Made by a program: the position numbers and the translations under genes. Shown here piece by piece: positions 46,448 through 55,613 of a stretch of 57,744 nucleotides of DNA. The notes beneath the pieces are model-generated. The model made no database searches, was not told where the DNA came from, and saw only the letters and a list, made by a program, of their open reading frames with translations. Within the stretch, counting starts at the first letter, position 1; each line of letters begins with the position of its first letter. The DNA is from a virus (lineage: Duplodnaviria > Caudoviricetes), in IMG/VR virus record IMGVR_UViG_3300025525_000003, positions 1 to 57,744 of that record. One strand, given 5' to 3'.

Positions 46448-46692
46448 GCCGCAGCCTTTCGTTTTCCGGATTCGCGGAGATATTTCCACTCGGCAAGGAG
46501 ATCAGGACGCAACTTCTCGCACGTCACCTTCTGGCCTGACTCCTGCTCTATGGCTACACACAGCGATTCGCCGAGCTTCTGGTTTGTCGAGATGGCCTTG
46601 CGCAGATAACCAATGGAAGTCTTGCACCTGGCAGCAAACTCATCGCGCTCGTCAGGAGATAGTGAATTGATGTATTCGAGTAATTCATTCAT
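46444..46692 (-). CDS. cro: Cro/YdaS-like antirepressor
   Basis: FAARCKTSIGYL...IE.ESG.KVT..LRPD; divergent from cI; start reassigned to ATG 46692. Confidence 0.8.
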   Translation of the reverse strand: MNELLEYINSLSPDERDEFAARCKTSIGYLRKAISTNQKLGESLCVAIEQESGQKVTCEKLRPDLLAEWKYLRESGKRKAAA

Positions 46693-46699
46693 GACGTCA

Positions 46700-46768
46700 A
46701 ATTTACCCGTGGGTAATGTATTTGTCAACCCGCAGGTTATTTCCCTGTGGGGAAAGGGAATTCACAAT
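46700..46768. promoter_or_regulatory. OR region: PR (minus, TTGACA-17-TAAATT), PRM-like -10 CACAAT, three 14-bp operators
   Basis: TTACCCGTGGGTAA 46703-46716, CAACCCGCAGGTTA 46726-46739, TTCCCTGTGGGGAA 46741-46754. Confidence 0.8.
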
Positions 46769-46775
46769 TGCAACG

Positions 46776-47456
46776 ATGGATAAATACGAGTACAGGCGAA
46801 CCAAATTAATCGAGGTTCGTGACAAAAAATGTGAAGGAAAGAACAGTGTTCTTGCCGCTGCTATCGGGAGAGAGCCATCTTACGTGTCGAGGATGCTTGC
46901 GGCCCCCGGGAAGGCGGGAAGAAAGCGCATCTCAGATGACATGATCGATGTTATCGAAGCTGCTTTCCCCGGCTGGCTTGGTCATGGCGGCCCTATTAGA
47001 TTCCGGGCCATAGAAACAAGCAGGGATGCAATAGACGTTCCTCTGATGAACGCAGTTGGCAGTATGGGAGTTGGGCGGCCCCTACCGGAGAACGATGCCG
47101 TGATAGATCACATGCGACTGACGCGCGCCTGGGTGCGCACAATGTTCCCATCCCTGAGTCACCCGAAGCATTTAGCCGTGTTGGCGGCTTGCGGAGATTC
47201 AATGCGCCCCACTTTCGACGATGGCGACTTGCTGTTGGTTGATACCGGTGTGGCGGACATCAAGATAGATGCGGTATACGTACTCGCGCTAGAAGATGAG
47301 TTGTACATCAAGCGATTGCAGCGCCGGCCGGACGGAAAGTATCTGATGATCTCAGACAACAAGAGCTACGAACCTTATGTCATTGATAACGGAGTGAAAC
47401 AGCGCTTTGCTGTGAAGGGGCGCGTGTTGTTTGCCTGGAACGGAAGGCGTCTGTGA
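46776..47456 (+). CDS. cI: CI-like repressor with S24 peptidase domain
   Basis: HTH LAAAIGREPSYVSRM; GDSMRPTFDDGDLLLVD (Ser) and YIKRL (Lys) dyad. Confidence 0.9.
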   Translation: MDKYEYRRTKLIEVRDKKCEGKNSVLAAAIGREPSYVSRMLAAPGKAGRKRISDDMIDVIEAAFPGWLGHGGPIRFRAIETSRDAIDVPLMNAVGSMGVGRPLPENDAVIDHMRLTRAWVRTMFPSLSHPKHLAVLAACGDSMRPTFDDGDLLLVDTGVADIKIDAVYVLALEDELYIKRLQRRPDGKYLMISDNKSYEPYVIDNGVKQRFAVKGRVLFAWNGRRL

Positions 47457-47626
47457 GCGACGCTCAATTCTCCTCACTCATGTTTTTGACTTTCTACCTT
47501 GGAGCCATGGTAATGGCATTCAAGCTGCCGCAAGTCTTTTGGTGGGTTGTCATCATTCTCTGGGCACTCTCTTTTGCGCTTAGTGGAAGCACAGAATGCG
47601 TTTCGTCTCGTTTCATCGACTGTTGA
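47453..47626 (+). CDS. Small two-TM membrane protein (57 aa), coupled to cI; not in the ORF track
   Basis: GTGA overlap with the cI stop; LMFLTFYLGAMVMAF and VFWWVVIILWALSFAL. Confidence 0.5.
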   Translation: MSDAQFSSLMFLTFYLGAMVMAFKLPQVFWWVVIILWALSFALSGSTECVSSRFIDC

Positions 47627-48294
47627 TTTTCTGCTCCGCGCTTCTTGCGCCGCCATGCTCGGCCATGGAATTCACGCTGGTTGGCAGCACACTGATTCTT
47701 TCTGGTGGCGTGGTCGATACTGATCTCGCAAAAATAAAAGATAACCTCGATCCGGCGAAAGTTAGGCTGATCGTACTCCACACCAATTACGGCGGAGATC
47801 TCTGGAATGCGCTGAGAATTGGCGAGAGATTAAGGGAAAGCGGTATTCACGTAACGACATCTGGCACTTGCATTTCGGCATGTGGATTAATCTTTCTGGG
47901 CGGCGCGAAGCGCACTTACAGCGATGGGCAGGAACTGAAAAAGGTAGTCGTTGGGTTGCATGGCACTTACGACAAGGATTCAAAGGAGTTAAAGACCACC
48001 AATTTGCCGCAAGTTACACACTACATTGAAAGGATGAGTGGCGGGAAATTCCCGCTCAATCTGATTGAGCGGGTGTTTCATAAACGAAATATTGAGGATG
48101 TCATTTTCTTTTTTCATCAGAAAGTGTTCAAGCGAACACCAGGCGGTGTCGTTGAATGCGTCCACGACAATAGCGGAAAGCGGATTTGCACATTAATTAG
48201 TGGCCTCGACTCGCTATCCGTTGGCGTCATCACGAGCCAGGAGATCACTATCCTTGACGATGAAGTCAAGGAGCGGCTGAAAAGCCTCATGTGA
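47596..48294 (+). CDS. Exported ClpP/crotonase-fold-like protein (COG3904-like), lysogenic conversion candidate
   Basis: Signal peptide; L.T.YGG....A..IG..LR; CISACGLIFLGG..R; VGLH; AT-rich. Confidence 0.6.
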   Translation: MRFVSFHRLLIFCSALLAPPCSAMEFTLVGSTLILSGGVVDTDLAKIKDNLDPAKVRLIVLHTNYGGDLWNALRIGERLRESGIHVTTSGTCISACGLIFLGGAKRTYSDGQELKKVVVGLHGTYDKDSKELKTTNLPQVTHYIERMSGGKFPLNLIERVFHKRNIEDVIFFFHQKVFKRTPGGVVECVHDNSGKRICTLISGLDSLSVGVITSQEITILDDEVKERLKSLM

Positions 48295-48402
48295 TGTGCC
48301 TCTTCATCCCCATCGATGCGTTGGCACTCAAACAGGCCATCAAAGGCCTGCTTTACTGTAACTAATCTCAAAAAATAGTCAGAAACACCCCGCGTAAAAA
48401 AA

Positions 48403-48444
48403 TAACCCGTGGGTATTGACTTAGAAGTTACCCGCGGGTAATAT
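48403..48444 (+). promoter_or_regulatory. PL promoter (TTGACT-17-TAATAT) with OL operators
   Basis: -35 at 48416-48421, -10 at 48439-48444; operators TAACCCGTGGGTAT 48403-48416 and TTACCCGCGGGTAA 48428-48441 match the OR consensus. Confidence 0.85.
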
Positions 48445-48462
48445 CTGCGCATCATTCAATGA

Positions 48463-48951
48463 ATGAGGGTGCAGGTGCAAACACATCTTGAGGATTTCCG
48501 CCTGGCCGCGATGGCCATCGAGAACCGCGCGAAGGAAGAGGCCTCCAGCGCGCTGACCGCAAACATCTACCTGGCCAGCGCCTTCAAGGCGCGCGCCGAG
48601 GAACTGGCGCGCATGGCGGACGCCGAGGCCGCCAATTTCCGGCTGGCCGTGCGCAATCCGGTGCGGCTGGTTGCTGCCTTCTGTGGCCAGGCCGGCGGAC
48701 CCAGCGCCGAGGATATCGGCAAGGTGCTGCGCGCCTTTTGTGAGTACCTGGCGGAGCGACCCGAGTTGGCTGACGTGCGTCTGCATGTCGAGCGCGCCGC
48801 CGAGGACGCCGAATCCGCCGCCGAGGCTGATCGCATCCGTGCCGAGGAAGACCTGGACGCCGCCGCTGCCGCCGCGTCAGACGAAGCCTACGACCGCAAG
48901 GTCGACGCCGGCCTGATCGGGCGCTGCCCACTGAACCCGGAGGTCGCGTGA
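48463..48951 (+). CDS. Hypothetical early protein (first gene of the PL operon)
   Basis: Ala/Glu-rich ORF directly after PL; start may be GTG 48475. Confidence 0.6.
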   Translation: MRVQVQTHLEDFRLAAMAIENRAKEEASSALTANIYLASAFKARAEELARMADAEAANFRLAVRNPVRLVAAFCGQAGGPSAEDIGKVLRAFCEYLAERPELADVRLHVERAAEDAESAAEADRIRAEEDLDAAAAAASDEAYDRKVDAGLIGRCPLNPEVA

Positions 48952-49058
48952 ACGACGAGCAGGAATTCGACTGGCTCGGCGACGCCCTCCTGTTGTTCGT
49001 TATTTGCGGCCTGTGCTTCTCGGTTGGTCTGGCAATTGGCTGGGGGGTATGGGCATGA
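48948..49058 (+). CDS. Small single-TM protein (36 aa)
   Basis: GGAGG SD; GTGA and ATGA overlaps. Confidence 0.5.
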   Translation: MNDEQEFDWLGDALLLFVICGLCFSVGLAIGWGVWA

Positions 49059-49234
49059 ATGCGAAGGTCAGGCTTTGGGACGAGGAAGACGAGCGCCGTC
49101 ACCGCGCGTTTCAGGAATGGGCAACCTCGCCCAGGCCACCCATTCAGGAAACCTACCCGCTGCACCAGATGGGTGCCGACGGCAAGCGCAAGGCGCGCTA
49201 CAGGAAGGGTGATAGCCATGAAAAAACGTCTTGA
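49055..49234 (+). CDS. Small hypothetical protein
   Basis: ATGA-coupled start MNAKVRLW. Confidence 0.45.
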   Translation: MNAKVRLWDEEDERRHRAFQEWATSPRPPIQETYPLHQMGADGKRKARYRKGDSHEKTS

Positions 49235-49400
49235 TCGCCTCTACCTGTTCTGGCTGCACTTCCTGCGCTACGCCGAATGGATCGAACTGGCCGGCGCGAA
49301 GCAGTCCGGCAACCTCAACGCGGTCGCATTTGGTCGCGTACGTATATCCCAACTGGACCAGCAGATCGACCAGATCAGCCTGTCCTGTGCCATCAACTAA
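49218..49400 (+). CDS. Small hypothetical protein
   Basis: GGGTGA SD; MKKRLDRL... Confidence 0.45.
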   Translation: MKKRLDRLYLFWLHFLRYAEWIELAGAKQSGNLNAVAFGRVRISQLDQQIDQISLSCAIN

Positions 49401-49412
49401 AGGAGAGCTTCA

Positions 49413-50402
49413 ATGAACATGCCAGAAGTGAAAAACCCGGTGGTCGGTTTCAGCGGCTTCCTCGAGAAATTCAAACCGCAACTCGCGCTGGCTCTGCCCT
49501 CGCACATGAACGCGAACCGCATGGCCAGGCTGGCGCTGACCGCATTCAGCTCTAGCGCGCAGTTGCAGAAATGCGACGCCAAGAGCATCGCCGCTTCGCT
49601 CATGACAGCCGGCCAGTTGGGCCTGGAGCCCGGCGTCAATGGCGCCGGCTTCCTGGTGCCTTACGGGACAACCTGCACCTTCGTTCCGGGCTGGAAAGGC
49701 TTGGTCGATCTGGTTGCGCGCAGTGGTCGCGGTACTGTCTTTACTGGCGTCATTTTCCGCGATCAGGAATTCACCTTTACCGACGGCGCTCGCCGCGATC
49801 TGGTGATCCACAACGAGACGGACATGGAAGAAGCCGAGGACATTACTCATGCCTACGCTATCGGTTGGGTGCGTGACGCCACATTGCCGATCATCGAACT
49901 GTGGCGCGTCAGCAAGATCAAGCGCCACCGCGACAAATACAACAAGGTAGGTCAGAAGCATTACTCCTACCGCGATTGGGAAATGTACTGCCGCAAGGTT
50001 CCGCTCCTGCAGGTTCTGAAATACATGCCTTGCTCGGTAGAGGTCGCCAACGCCATCGACATCAGCAACGCCGCCGAGAGGGGCCACACCGCCAACATCA
50101 TCGAGGGGGTCGTCATCGACACGGATGAAAGTGAGGCGGATGGCCGGCAGCAGGAGCGGGAAACCTACAAAGACGAGGACTTCAAAAAGAACCTGCCTGA
50201 CTGGAAAAAGCTGATCTCAGGCGGGAAGAAAACACCAGAACAAGTCATAGCCACGGTGCAAAACAAGCACCCGCTCACAGAAGAGCAGAAGGCAGCAATC
50301 ATGGCCATGGGTGCTGCGCCAAGCCCTGGCGGCGATGGCGTGATGACGGATGAGGAAGTAGCCGCCATCAAAGCCAGAGAAATGGCCGAAGCCGGCCAGT
50401 AA
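49413..50402 (+). CDS. recT: RecT-family single-strand annealing protein
   Basis: ALP.HM...RM.R.AL....L..C...SI....AGQLGLEP...LVPY...GWKGLVDL..RSG; W.EM..K..L...LKY.P.S. Confidence 0.9.
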   Translation: MNMPEVKNPVVGFSGFLEKFKPQLALALPSHMNANRMARLALTAFSSSAQLQKCDAKSIAASLMTAGQLGLEPGVNGAGFLVPYGTTCTFVPGWKGLVDLVARSGRGTVFTGVIFRDQEFTFTDGARRDLVIHNETDMEEAEDITHAYAIGWVRDATLPIIELWRVSKIKRHRDKYNKVGQKHYSYRDWEMYCRKVPLLQVLKYMPCSVEVANAIDISNAAERGHTANIIEGVVIDTDESEADGRQQERETYKDEDFKKNLPDWKKLISGGKKTPEQVIATVQNKHPLTEEQKAAIMAMGAAPSPGGDGVMTDEEVAAIKAREMAEAGQ

Positions 50403-50410
50403 CCATCAAT

Positions 50411-50472
50411 GGGGCGGCGAACGGCGATCTCGTCCATCGCTGCGAACCGGTAGCGTTCCACGGCGCCGCCCC
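50411..50472 (+). other. Intergenic multi-stem (three-way junction) structure between recT and yqaJ
   Basis: 9-bp closing stem GGGGCGGCG/CGCCGCCCC enclosing CGGCGAT/ATCGCTG and CCG/CGG stems; no U-tract. Confidence 0.45.
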
Positions 50473-50493
50473 TCCAAACACAAGGAGAGAGTA

Positions 50494-52110
50494 ATGCGCG
50501 AAATCCACGAACTCGATCAGGGCAGCGAAGCCTGGCACGCCCACCGAGCCAAGTACCTCAACGCATCGGAAGCCGCCGCCATGCTCGGCATCAGCCAGTA
50601 CCAGACCCGCGGCGACCTGTTGCGCCAGAAGGCGACCGGCTGGGTGCCTGAGGTCGACGCTGCCACGCAGCGCCGCTTCGACGACGGCCATGCGGCCGAA
50701 GCCGCCGCCCGACCGATTGCCGAAGGCATCGTCGGCGCCGACCTGTATCCGATCACGGCAACGCTGTATGTCGATGGCCTGCCCCTGTCAGCCAGCTACG
50801 ACGGCGCGACGATGGAAGAAGACATCATCTTCGAGCACAAGCTGGCCAACAAGGAACTGAAAGCCAGCCTCGCCGAGGGCATCATTCCCAACCAGTACCT
50901 GCCGCAACTGGAACAGCAACTGCTGATCCTCGGGGCAGAGAAATGCCTGTTCATGGCGTCGAACGGCGATGGCCAGTTGCACGCATGGTATGAGTCCGAC
51001 CCAGCCATGCGCGCCACCCTGATCGCCGGCTGGAAGCAGTTCGCGGAAGACCTGGCCAACTACGCGCCGCCCGAGGTCATCCCCGCCGCCGTCGCCGCGC
51101 CGCAGGCGTCCCTGCCGGCCGTCGCCGTCACCGTGACCGGCAGCATCGCCATCCGCGACAACCTGACCGTCTTTGGCGATGCCCTCACGACCTACGTCGA
51201 GCGGATCAACAGGAAGCCGGAAACCGATCAGGATTTCGCCGATCTGGAGGCGACCGCCAAGGCGCTCAAGACCGCCGAGGAAGCGCTTGACGCCGCCGAG
51301 AACAACGCCCTGGCGCAGACCGGCGACCTCGATGCCTTGCGCCGCACCATCAGCCAGTACCGAGATCTCGCGCGCCAGAACCGCCTGATGGTCGAAAAGC
51401 TGGTCAAGGCCGAGAAGGAGAACCGGCGCAACGCGATCATGCAGGGCGGAGTCACGGCGCTGCGCGCGCACGTCGACGCGCTGAACAAGCGGCTGGGCAA
51501 ACCCTACATGCCCGACACGCAATGGGCCAACTTCCCGGCGGCCATGAAGGGACTCAAGACCATGGCAAGCCTGCAGAACGCCGTGGACACCGAACTTGCC
51601 CAAGCCAAGATCAATTCCAGCGCCTGCGCTGATCGGATTGAGATCAACCTCAAGGGCTTGAGCGCGTTCTGCGGCGACACGGACTACGGTTTCCTGTTCC
51701 GCGATCTTCCCTCTCTGGTGCTGAAAGCGCCGGACGACTTCGCCGCAGCCGTGACGCTGCGCATCAACGAGCACAAGGTCGCCGAGGAAAAGCGCCTCGA
51801 AGCGGAGCGCGCCAAAATCCGCGCCGAGGAAGAGGCCAAGGCGGCAGCCAAACAGAATACTCAACCGGAGCCAGCTAAAACACCGGCGAACGAGGGAACT
51901 GGGGCTACTCCTGCTGGTGGCGCAGCAAAACCCCAAATGGTGCAAGCGGCTGCGACAGTAAGGCTGCCCACGGGGCGGCCGACGGATGACGAGATCATCG
52001 CCGCCGTCGCCCTTGCCTTCCGCGTCCATGAGAGCAAGGCAATCGAGTGGCTGCTTGACGTCGACCTGAACGCGGCATCCGATCGCATGGTGAAGGAGTT
52101 TGCAGCATGA
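50494..52110 (+). CDS. YqaJ-family (lambda exo-like) exonuclease with long coiled-coil C-terminus
   Basis: QGSEAW...R...ASEAAA.LG.S.Y; G...E..AR; SASYDG; EHK; Y..Q..QQL. Confidence 0.85.
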   Translation: MREIHELDQGSEAWHAHRAKYLNASEAAAMLGISQYQTRGDLLRQKATGWVPEVDAATQRRFDDGHAAEAAARPIAEGIVGADLYPITATLYVDGLPLSASYDGATMEEDIIFEHKLANKELKASLAEGIIPNQYLPQLEQQLLILGAEKCLFMASNGDGQLHAWYESDPAMRATLIAGWKQFAEDLANYAPPEVIPAAVAAPQASLPAVAVTVTGSIAIRDNLTVFGDALTTYVERINRKPETDQDFADLEATAKALKTAEEALDAAENNALAQTGDLDALRRTISQYRDLARQNRLMVEKLVKAEKENRRNAIMQGGVTALRAHVDALNKRLGKPYMPDTQWANFPAAMKGLKTMASLQNAVDTELAQAKINSSACADRIEINLKGLSAFCGDTDYGFLFRDLPSLVLKAPDDFAAAVTLRINEHKVAEEKRLEAERAKIRAEEEAKAAAKQNTQPEPAKTPANEGTGATPAGGAAKPQMVQAAATVRLPTGRPTDDEIIAAVALAFRVHESKAIEWLLDVDLNAASDRMVKEFAA

Positions 52111-52679
52111 GCGACGACACCGCAGAGTTACGCGAAATACCATTCCTCAATGGTCGGTATTTCGCAACGAGTGATGGCCGCATTTGGTCGAAGCGTCGAA
52201 AAAGATTTCGGTCACCGTCACTACAGATCACAGGTTACAAGACGGTAACGATTCGTGACGAGATTACAAAAAAAACCGTAACTATGTTAGTGCATCGACT
52301 CGTTGCTGCCGCATGGATACCAAATCCAGCTAAAGCACCACAGATAAATCACAAAGACGGTGACAAGACCAACAATGACGTAACAAATCTTGAATGGTGC
52401 GACGGCTCACACAACATGAAGCATGCGTGGAGGATCGGTCTGCAACCAGTGACTGCCGCAATGCAGGAAAGCGCAAGACGATGCGCAAGAAGCGGCGGAC
52501 TCAAGCGCCGGAAACTCACCGCAGAAATGATTGAGGCTGCGAGAACACGAGTTGCGTGTGGAGAGCAGCAAAAAGACATTTCATTGGAGTACGGCGTGAG
52601 CCAGGCATGTTTGAGTATGCACCTAAGCGGGAAAACCTATACAGGGTCCAACGAAACCAAGAAGGAGGAAGCGGCATGA
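52107..52679 (+). CDS. NUMOD4-like HNH endonuclease
   Basis: Y...DGRI.S; VHRLVA.AWIPNP...QINHKDGDKTNN...NLEW....N..H; AT-rich. Confidence 0.88.
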   Translation: MSDDTAELREIPFLNGRYFATSDGRIWSKRRKRFRSPSLQITGYKTVTIRDEITKKTVTMLVHRLVAAAWIPNPAKAPQINHKDGDKTNNDVTNLEWCDGSHNMKHAWRIGLQPVTAAMQESARRCARSGGLKRRKLTAEMIEAARTRVACGEQQKDISLEYGVSQACLSMHLSGKTYTGSNETKKEEAA

Positions 52680-52903
52680 CCGCGACGCAACCGCAATTCA
52701 CCTGGCTTGCGGTGATGGACTTCCTGTCCGGCGTGCCCAATGCCACAAACAAGGAAATAGCCGGACATTTCCGCGTGTCACTACAGGACGCCAGCAGCAT
52801 GACGCGCCTCATGCGCAGCGCCGGCGTGATCGATGGCAACAAGCTGCCGCAGACGATGGGCGCGGCGATCCGATATTTCGTCAACAAGGAGAAAACCGCA
52901 TGA
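52676..52903 (+). CDS. Small winged-helix-like protein
   Basis: GGAGG SD; ATGA overlap; PNAT.KEIA.HF.VS. Confidence 0.55.
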   Translation: MTATQPQFTWLAVMDFLSGVPNATNKEIAGHFRVSLQDASSMTRLMRSAGVIDGNKLPQTMGAAIRYFVNKEKTA

Positions 52904-53232
52904 GCAACATCCGCCCGGCGCAAGCCACCCTCAACGAACTGCGCGACGGCACCGTGATGAACGAACTCGCCGTCGCCATCCATGACGCCATGGCGGCGGT
53001 CGGCGAACACAACAAGGCCGCCACCGTCAATCTTTCCATCACCATCCGGCCGCTCGGCACCAAGGGCGTATCCGGCGCCTTTGAAATGCTGGCCGATGTC
53101 TCGACCAAACTGCCGAAGGCCGAGCCGCCGTCGACCCTGTTCTTCAAGGATGCCGACGGCAACCCGTCACGCCAGCAGGATCGCCAGCGCGATCTGCCGG
53201 GCCTTTCCATCGCTGAAAAAGGAGCCGCGTAA
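52900..53232 (+). CDS. YfdP-like phage protein (partner of DUF2303)
   Basis: L.ELRDG....L...V..H.K...V.L.I......LF..DADGN.SR; directly upstream of DUF2303. Confidence 0.65.
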   Translation: MSNIRPAQATLNELRDGTVMNELAVAIHDAMAAVGEHNKAATVNLSITIRPLGTKGVSGAFEMLADVSTKLPKAEPPSTLFFKDADGNPSRQQDRQRDLPGLSIAEKGAA

Positions 53233-53234
53233 CC

Positions 53235-54095
53235 ATGAATCCCCTGAACCCGCCAGCCCATACCGTCATTCAAGAATGCGACACCGCCGTCGCCCTCGAG
53301 GCCGGCCGCCAACTTGGCGCCGCAAAAGCCAACCCGATGAGGGACGGCATGCCCTATGCCGTCTTGAAGGATGCTCAGGGCCGCGAGCGCATCGAATACC
53401 TCGACGAAGGCCAGCAACGCCAGCCGCATCGCCTCTACGGCACTGTGAAACTGGCAGACGAGGAAAGTTTCTGCGCCTACTTCACCCAGTTCGGCGAGCC
53501 GGCGAACATCTATGCCTCGCTCGATCCGGCGCGCTTCGTGGCCGTTTTCAACGACCACAAGAAAGAAATGCCGGGGTTCCGCGATCACCGCGCCGTACTT
53601 ACGCTGGCGCATTCGCGCGAGTGGGAGGCGTGGAAGAGCATGGACGGCAAGAAATTCGACGGCAACGTCGCCTTTGCCGAATGGCTGGAGGACCAGGCGC
53701 CGGACATGGTGAAGCCCAGCGGGGCCGACATGATGCAGTTGGCGCTGAATTTCCGTGTCGCCGAGAAGATCGCCTTCGCCAACCCGACGCGGCTGCAGGA
53801 CGGCCAGACCGAACTCACCTACAGCCAGATCGTCGAGGGCTCATCGCAGAGCGCCAAGGGCGGCAAGGTGAAGATCCCGGAAACCTTCACCATCGAAATC
53901 CCCATCTTCGCCGGCCTCAACGCAGTCCGGCACGCCATCGAGGCGCGCTTCCGCTATCGCCTTGTCGGGGGTGTGCTGTCGATCTGGTATGACCTGGTGC
54001 GTCCGCACAAGGCCGTCGAGGAAGCCTTCCGCGCGGTTTGGGACTACATCCAGGATGAAACCCAAACCACGATCCTGCACGGATCACCAGAGTAA
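53235..54095 (+). CDS. DUF2303 (YfdQ-like) protein
   Basis: SF..Y; AVFNDH...FRDHRA; FAEWLED; IPETF.I.IPIF; ARFRYR. Confidence 0.85.
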   Translation: MNPLNPPAHTVIQECDTAVALEAGRQLGAAKANPMRDGMPYAVLKDAQGRERIEYLDEGQQRQPHRLYGTVKLADEESFCAYFTQFGEPANIYASLDPARFVAVFNDHKKEMPGFRDHRAVLTLAHSREWEAWKSMDGKKFDGNVAFAEWLEDQAPDMVKPSGADMMQLALNFRVAEKIAFANPTRLQDGQTELTYSQIVEGSSQSAKGGKVKIPETFTIEIPIFAGLNAVRHAIEARFRYRLVGGVLSIWYDLVRPHKAVEEAFRAVWDYIQDETQTTILHGSPE

Positions 54096-54105
54096 GGGGG
54101 AGCAC

Positions 54106-54330
54106 ATGAGAACACCCGGCAATCCCTATTCAGCGGTGCGCCTGATGCGCCACAAGACGCGCCTGAACCAGTCCGCCTTCTGGGGCCGCATCGGCGTCAC
54201 CCAATCGGGCGGCAGCCGCTACGAAACCGGCCGTCCGATTCCCAACCCGGTCAAGCTGCTGCTGACCCTGGCCCACGGTACACCGAAGGAGGCCAGGACG
54301 CTGTTCGACAAGCTGCGGGGCAAGGCATGA
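54106..54330 (+). CDS. RsaL-like XRE helix-turn-helix regulator
   Basis: LNQSAFWGRIGVTQSGGSRYETGR.IP.PV.LLL. Confidence 0.75.
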   Translation: MRTPGNPYSAVRLMRHKTRLNQSAFWGRIGVTQSGGSRYETGRPIPNPVKLLLTLAHGTPKEARTLFDKLRGKA

Positions 54331-54515
54331 CCCACCTGGAGCGCATCGAGAGAATCGAGAACGAAATCCGCGGCGTCGTCTCGCTCTACGGCATCACGTC
54401 CTGGGAGCGCGAATTCCTGAACAACGGAAAGACACGCCAGTTCATGACGGAAAAGCAGTTGGACATCCTTGCCGGGATCGAGAAGAAGGTATTCGGTGGT
54501 AACAAGGATGACTGA
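54327..54515 (+). CDS. Small hypothetical protein
   Basis: ATGA-coupled; T.WE.EFL...TEKQ..IL. Confidence 0.6.
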   Translation: MTHLERIERIENEIRGVVSLYGITSWEREFLNNGKTRQFMTEKQLDILAGIEKKVFGGNKDD

Positions 54516-54534
54516 TCGCGCATGGAGAAAAAGC

Positions 54535-54777
54535 ATGAGCAAACAACAGTATCGGCACAGAGAAGACTGCGCGATTGTGCGTGACCATCGTGATTATCCG
54601 GCAAGTGCGGTGCTGATGGACTGCGACGGCGATGTTGTCCATCGGTTTGACGAGGACTGGACGGACGACCAAATTTTTGCGGCGCTGGCCTTCGCAAACA
54701 AGGCGTATGCGACTGGTATAGAGGTAGGGCGGATGGAAAAGGCATATCAGATTCGGGCGGCGCTGAATGTGGCCTAA
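54535..54777 (+). CDS. Hypothetical protein; its stop codon lies in the attC core GCCTAAC
   Basis: GGAG SD; ends ...GTG GCC TAA C. Confidence 0.6.
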   Translation: MSKQQYRHREDCAIVRDHRDYPASAVLMDCDGDVVHRFDEDWTDDQIFAALAFANKAYATGIEVGRMEKAYQIRAALNVA

Positions 54778-54841
54778 CGCTTGAATTCAGGGGCGCGACG
54801 CAGCCTTATCGCGGCGCGTCCCTTCGCACGACGGGTTGTGC
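54772..54841 (-). repeat. Integron attC-type site 1 (70 bp)
   Basis: Minus strand: GCACAAC-CCGTC-GTGCGAAG-GGACGCGCCGCGATAAGGCTGCGTCGCGCC-CCTGAAT-TCAAGC-GTTAGGC; 5/6-nt spacers and strong central stem, but L boxes pair poorly. Confidence 0.75.
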
Positions 54842-55613
54842 GGCAACGGCTCAGAAGTCGGCGCTGGTGACACGGCGATGAAAGGAAAGCAGTGAATGAG
54901 TTGGCTCTTTTCGCGGGCGCTGGTGGCGGAATACTCGGCGGCAAGCTGCTCGGGTGGAGAACCGTCTGCGCCGTTGAGCGTGATGCCTACGCCGCACAAG
55001 TTCTGGCACAGCGGCAAAACGATGGATGCCTTGAGCCTTTCCCGATTTGGTCTGACGTGTGCAGTTTTGACGGAAGACCTTGGGCGGGAATTGTTGACGT
55101 TGTTTCTGGCGGCTTCCCTTGCCAAGACATCAGCAGCGCAGGGAAAGGAGAAGGACTCGACGGCGAACGCTCCGGCCTTTGGCGAGAAATGGCCCGGATT
55201 GTTGGCGAGGTTCGACCGAGATTCGTTTTTGTGGAGAACTCCCCAATGCTCACTCTTCGAGGACTCGGAACCGTGCTTGGAGACTTGGCCTCGCTGGGGT
55301 TTGATGCGCGCTGGGGAGTGCTGGGAGCTTCCGCCTTTGGTGCGCCACACAGAAGAGAGCGAATCTGGATTGCTGCCTACGCTGACCGTGATTTCGTGCG
55401 AGCACCCTGGGCGCTTCAAGATCAAGCCAGGGCAGCAGACGTGCATCTCGGCGGAACTGGCGAAGCGGGACGGGTGGAAAGTTGGTGGAAAGTACAGCCC
55501 GAGCCATGCAGCGTGGTTCATGGGGTGGCCGGAGTGGTGGACGAGCTTAGGCCGCTCGGTAACGGACAGGTTCCATGCGTGGCAGCAAGCGCATGGCGGA
55601 TTTTGACGCACAA
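54778..55613 (-). mobile_element. Gene cassette A (836 bp) carrying the split C5 methyltransferase, genes inverted relative to attC
   Basis: Core boxes flanking the genes are mutually complementary: GTTGTGCG (54835-54842) vs CGCACAAC (55607-55614). Confidence 0.7.
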
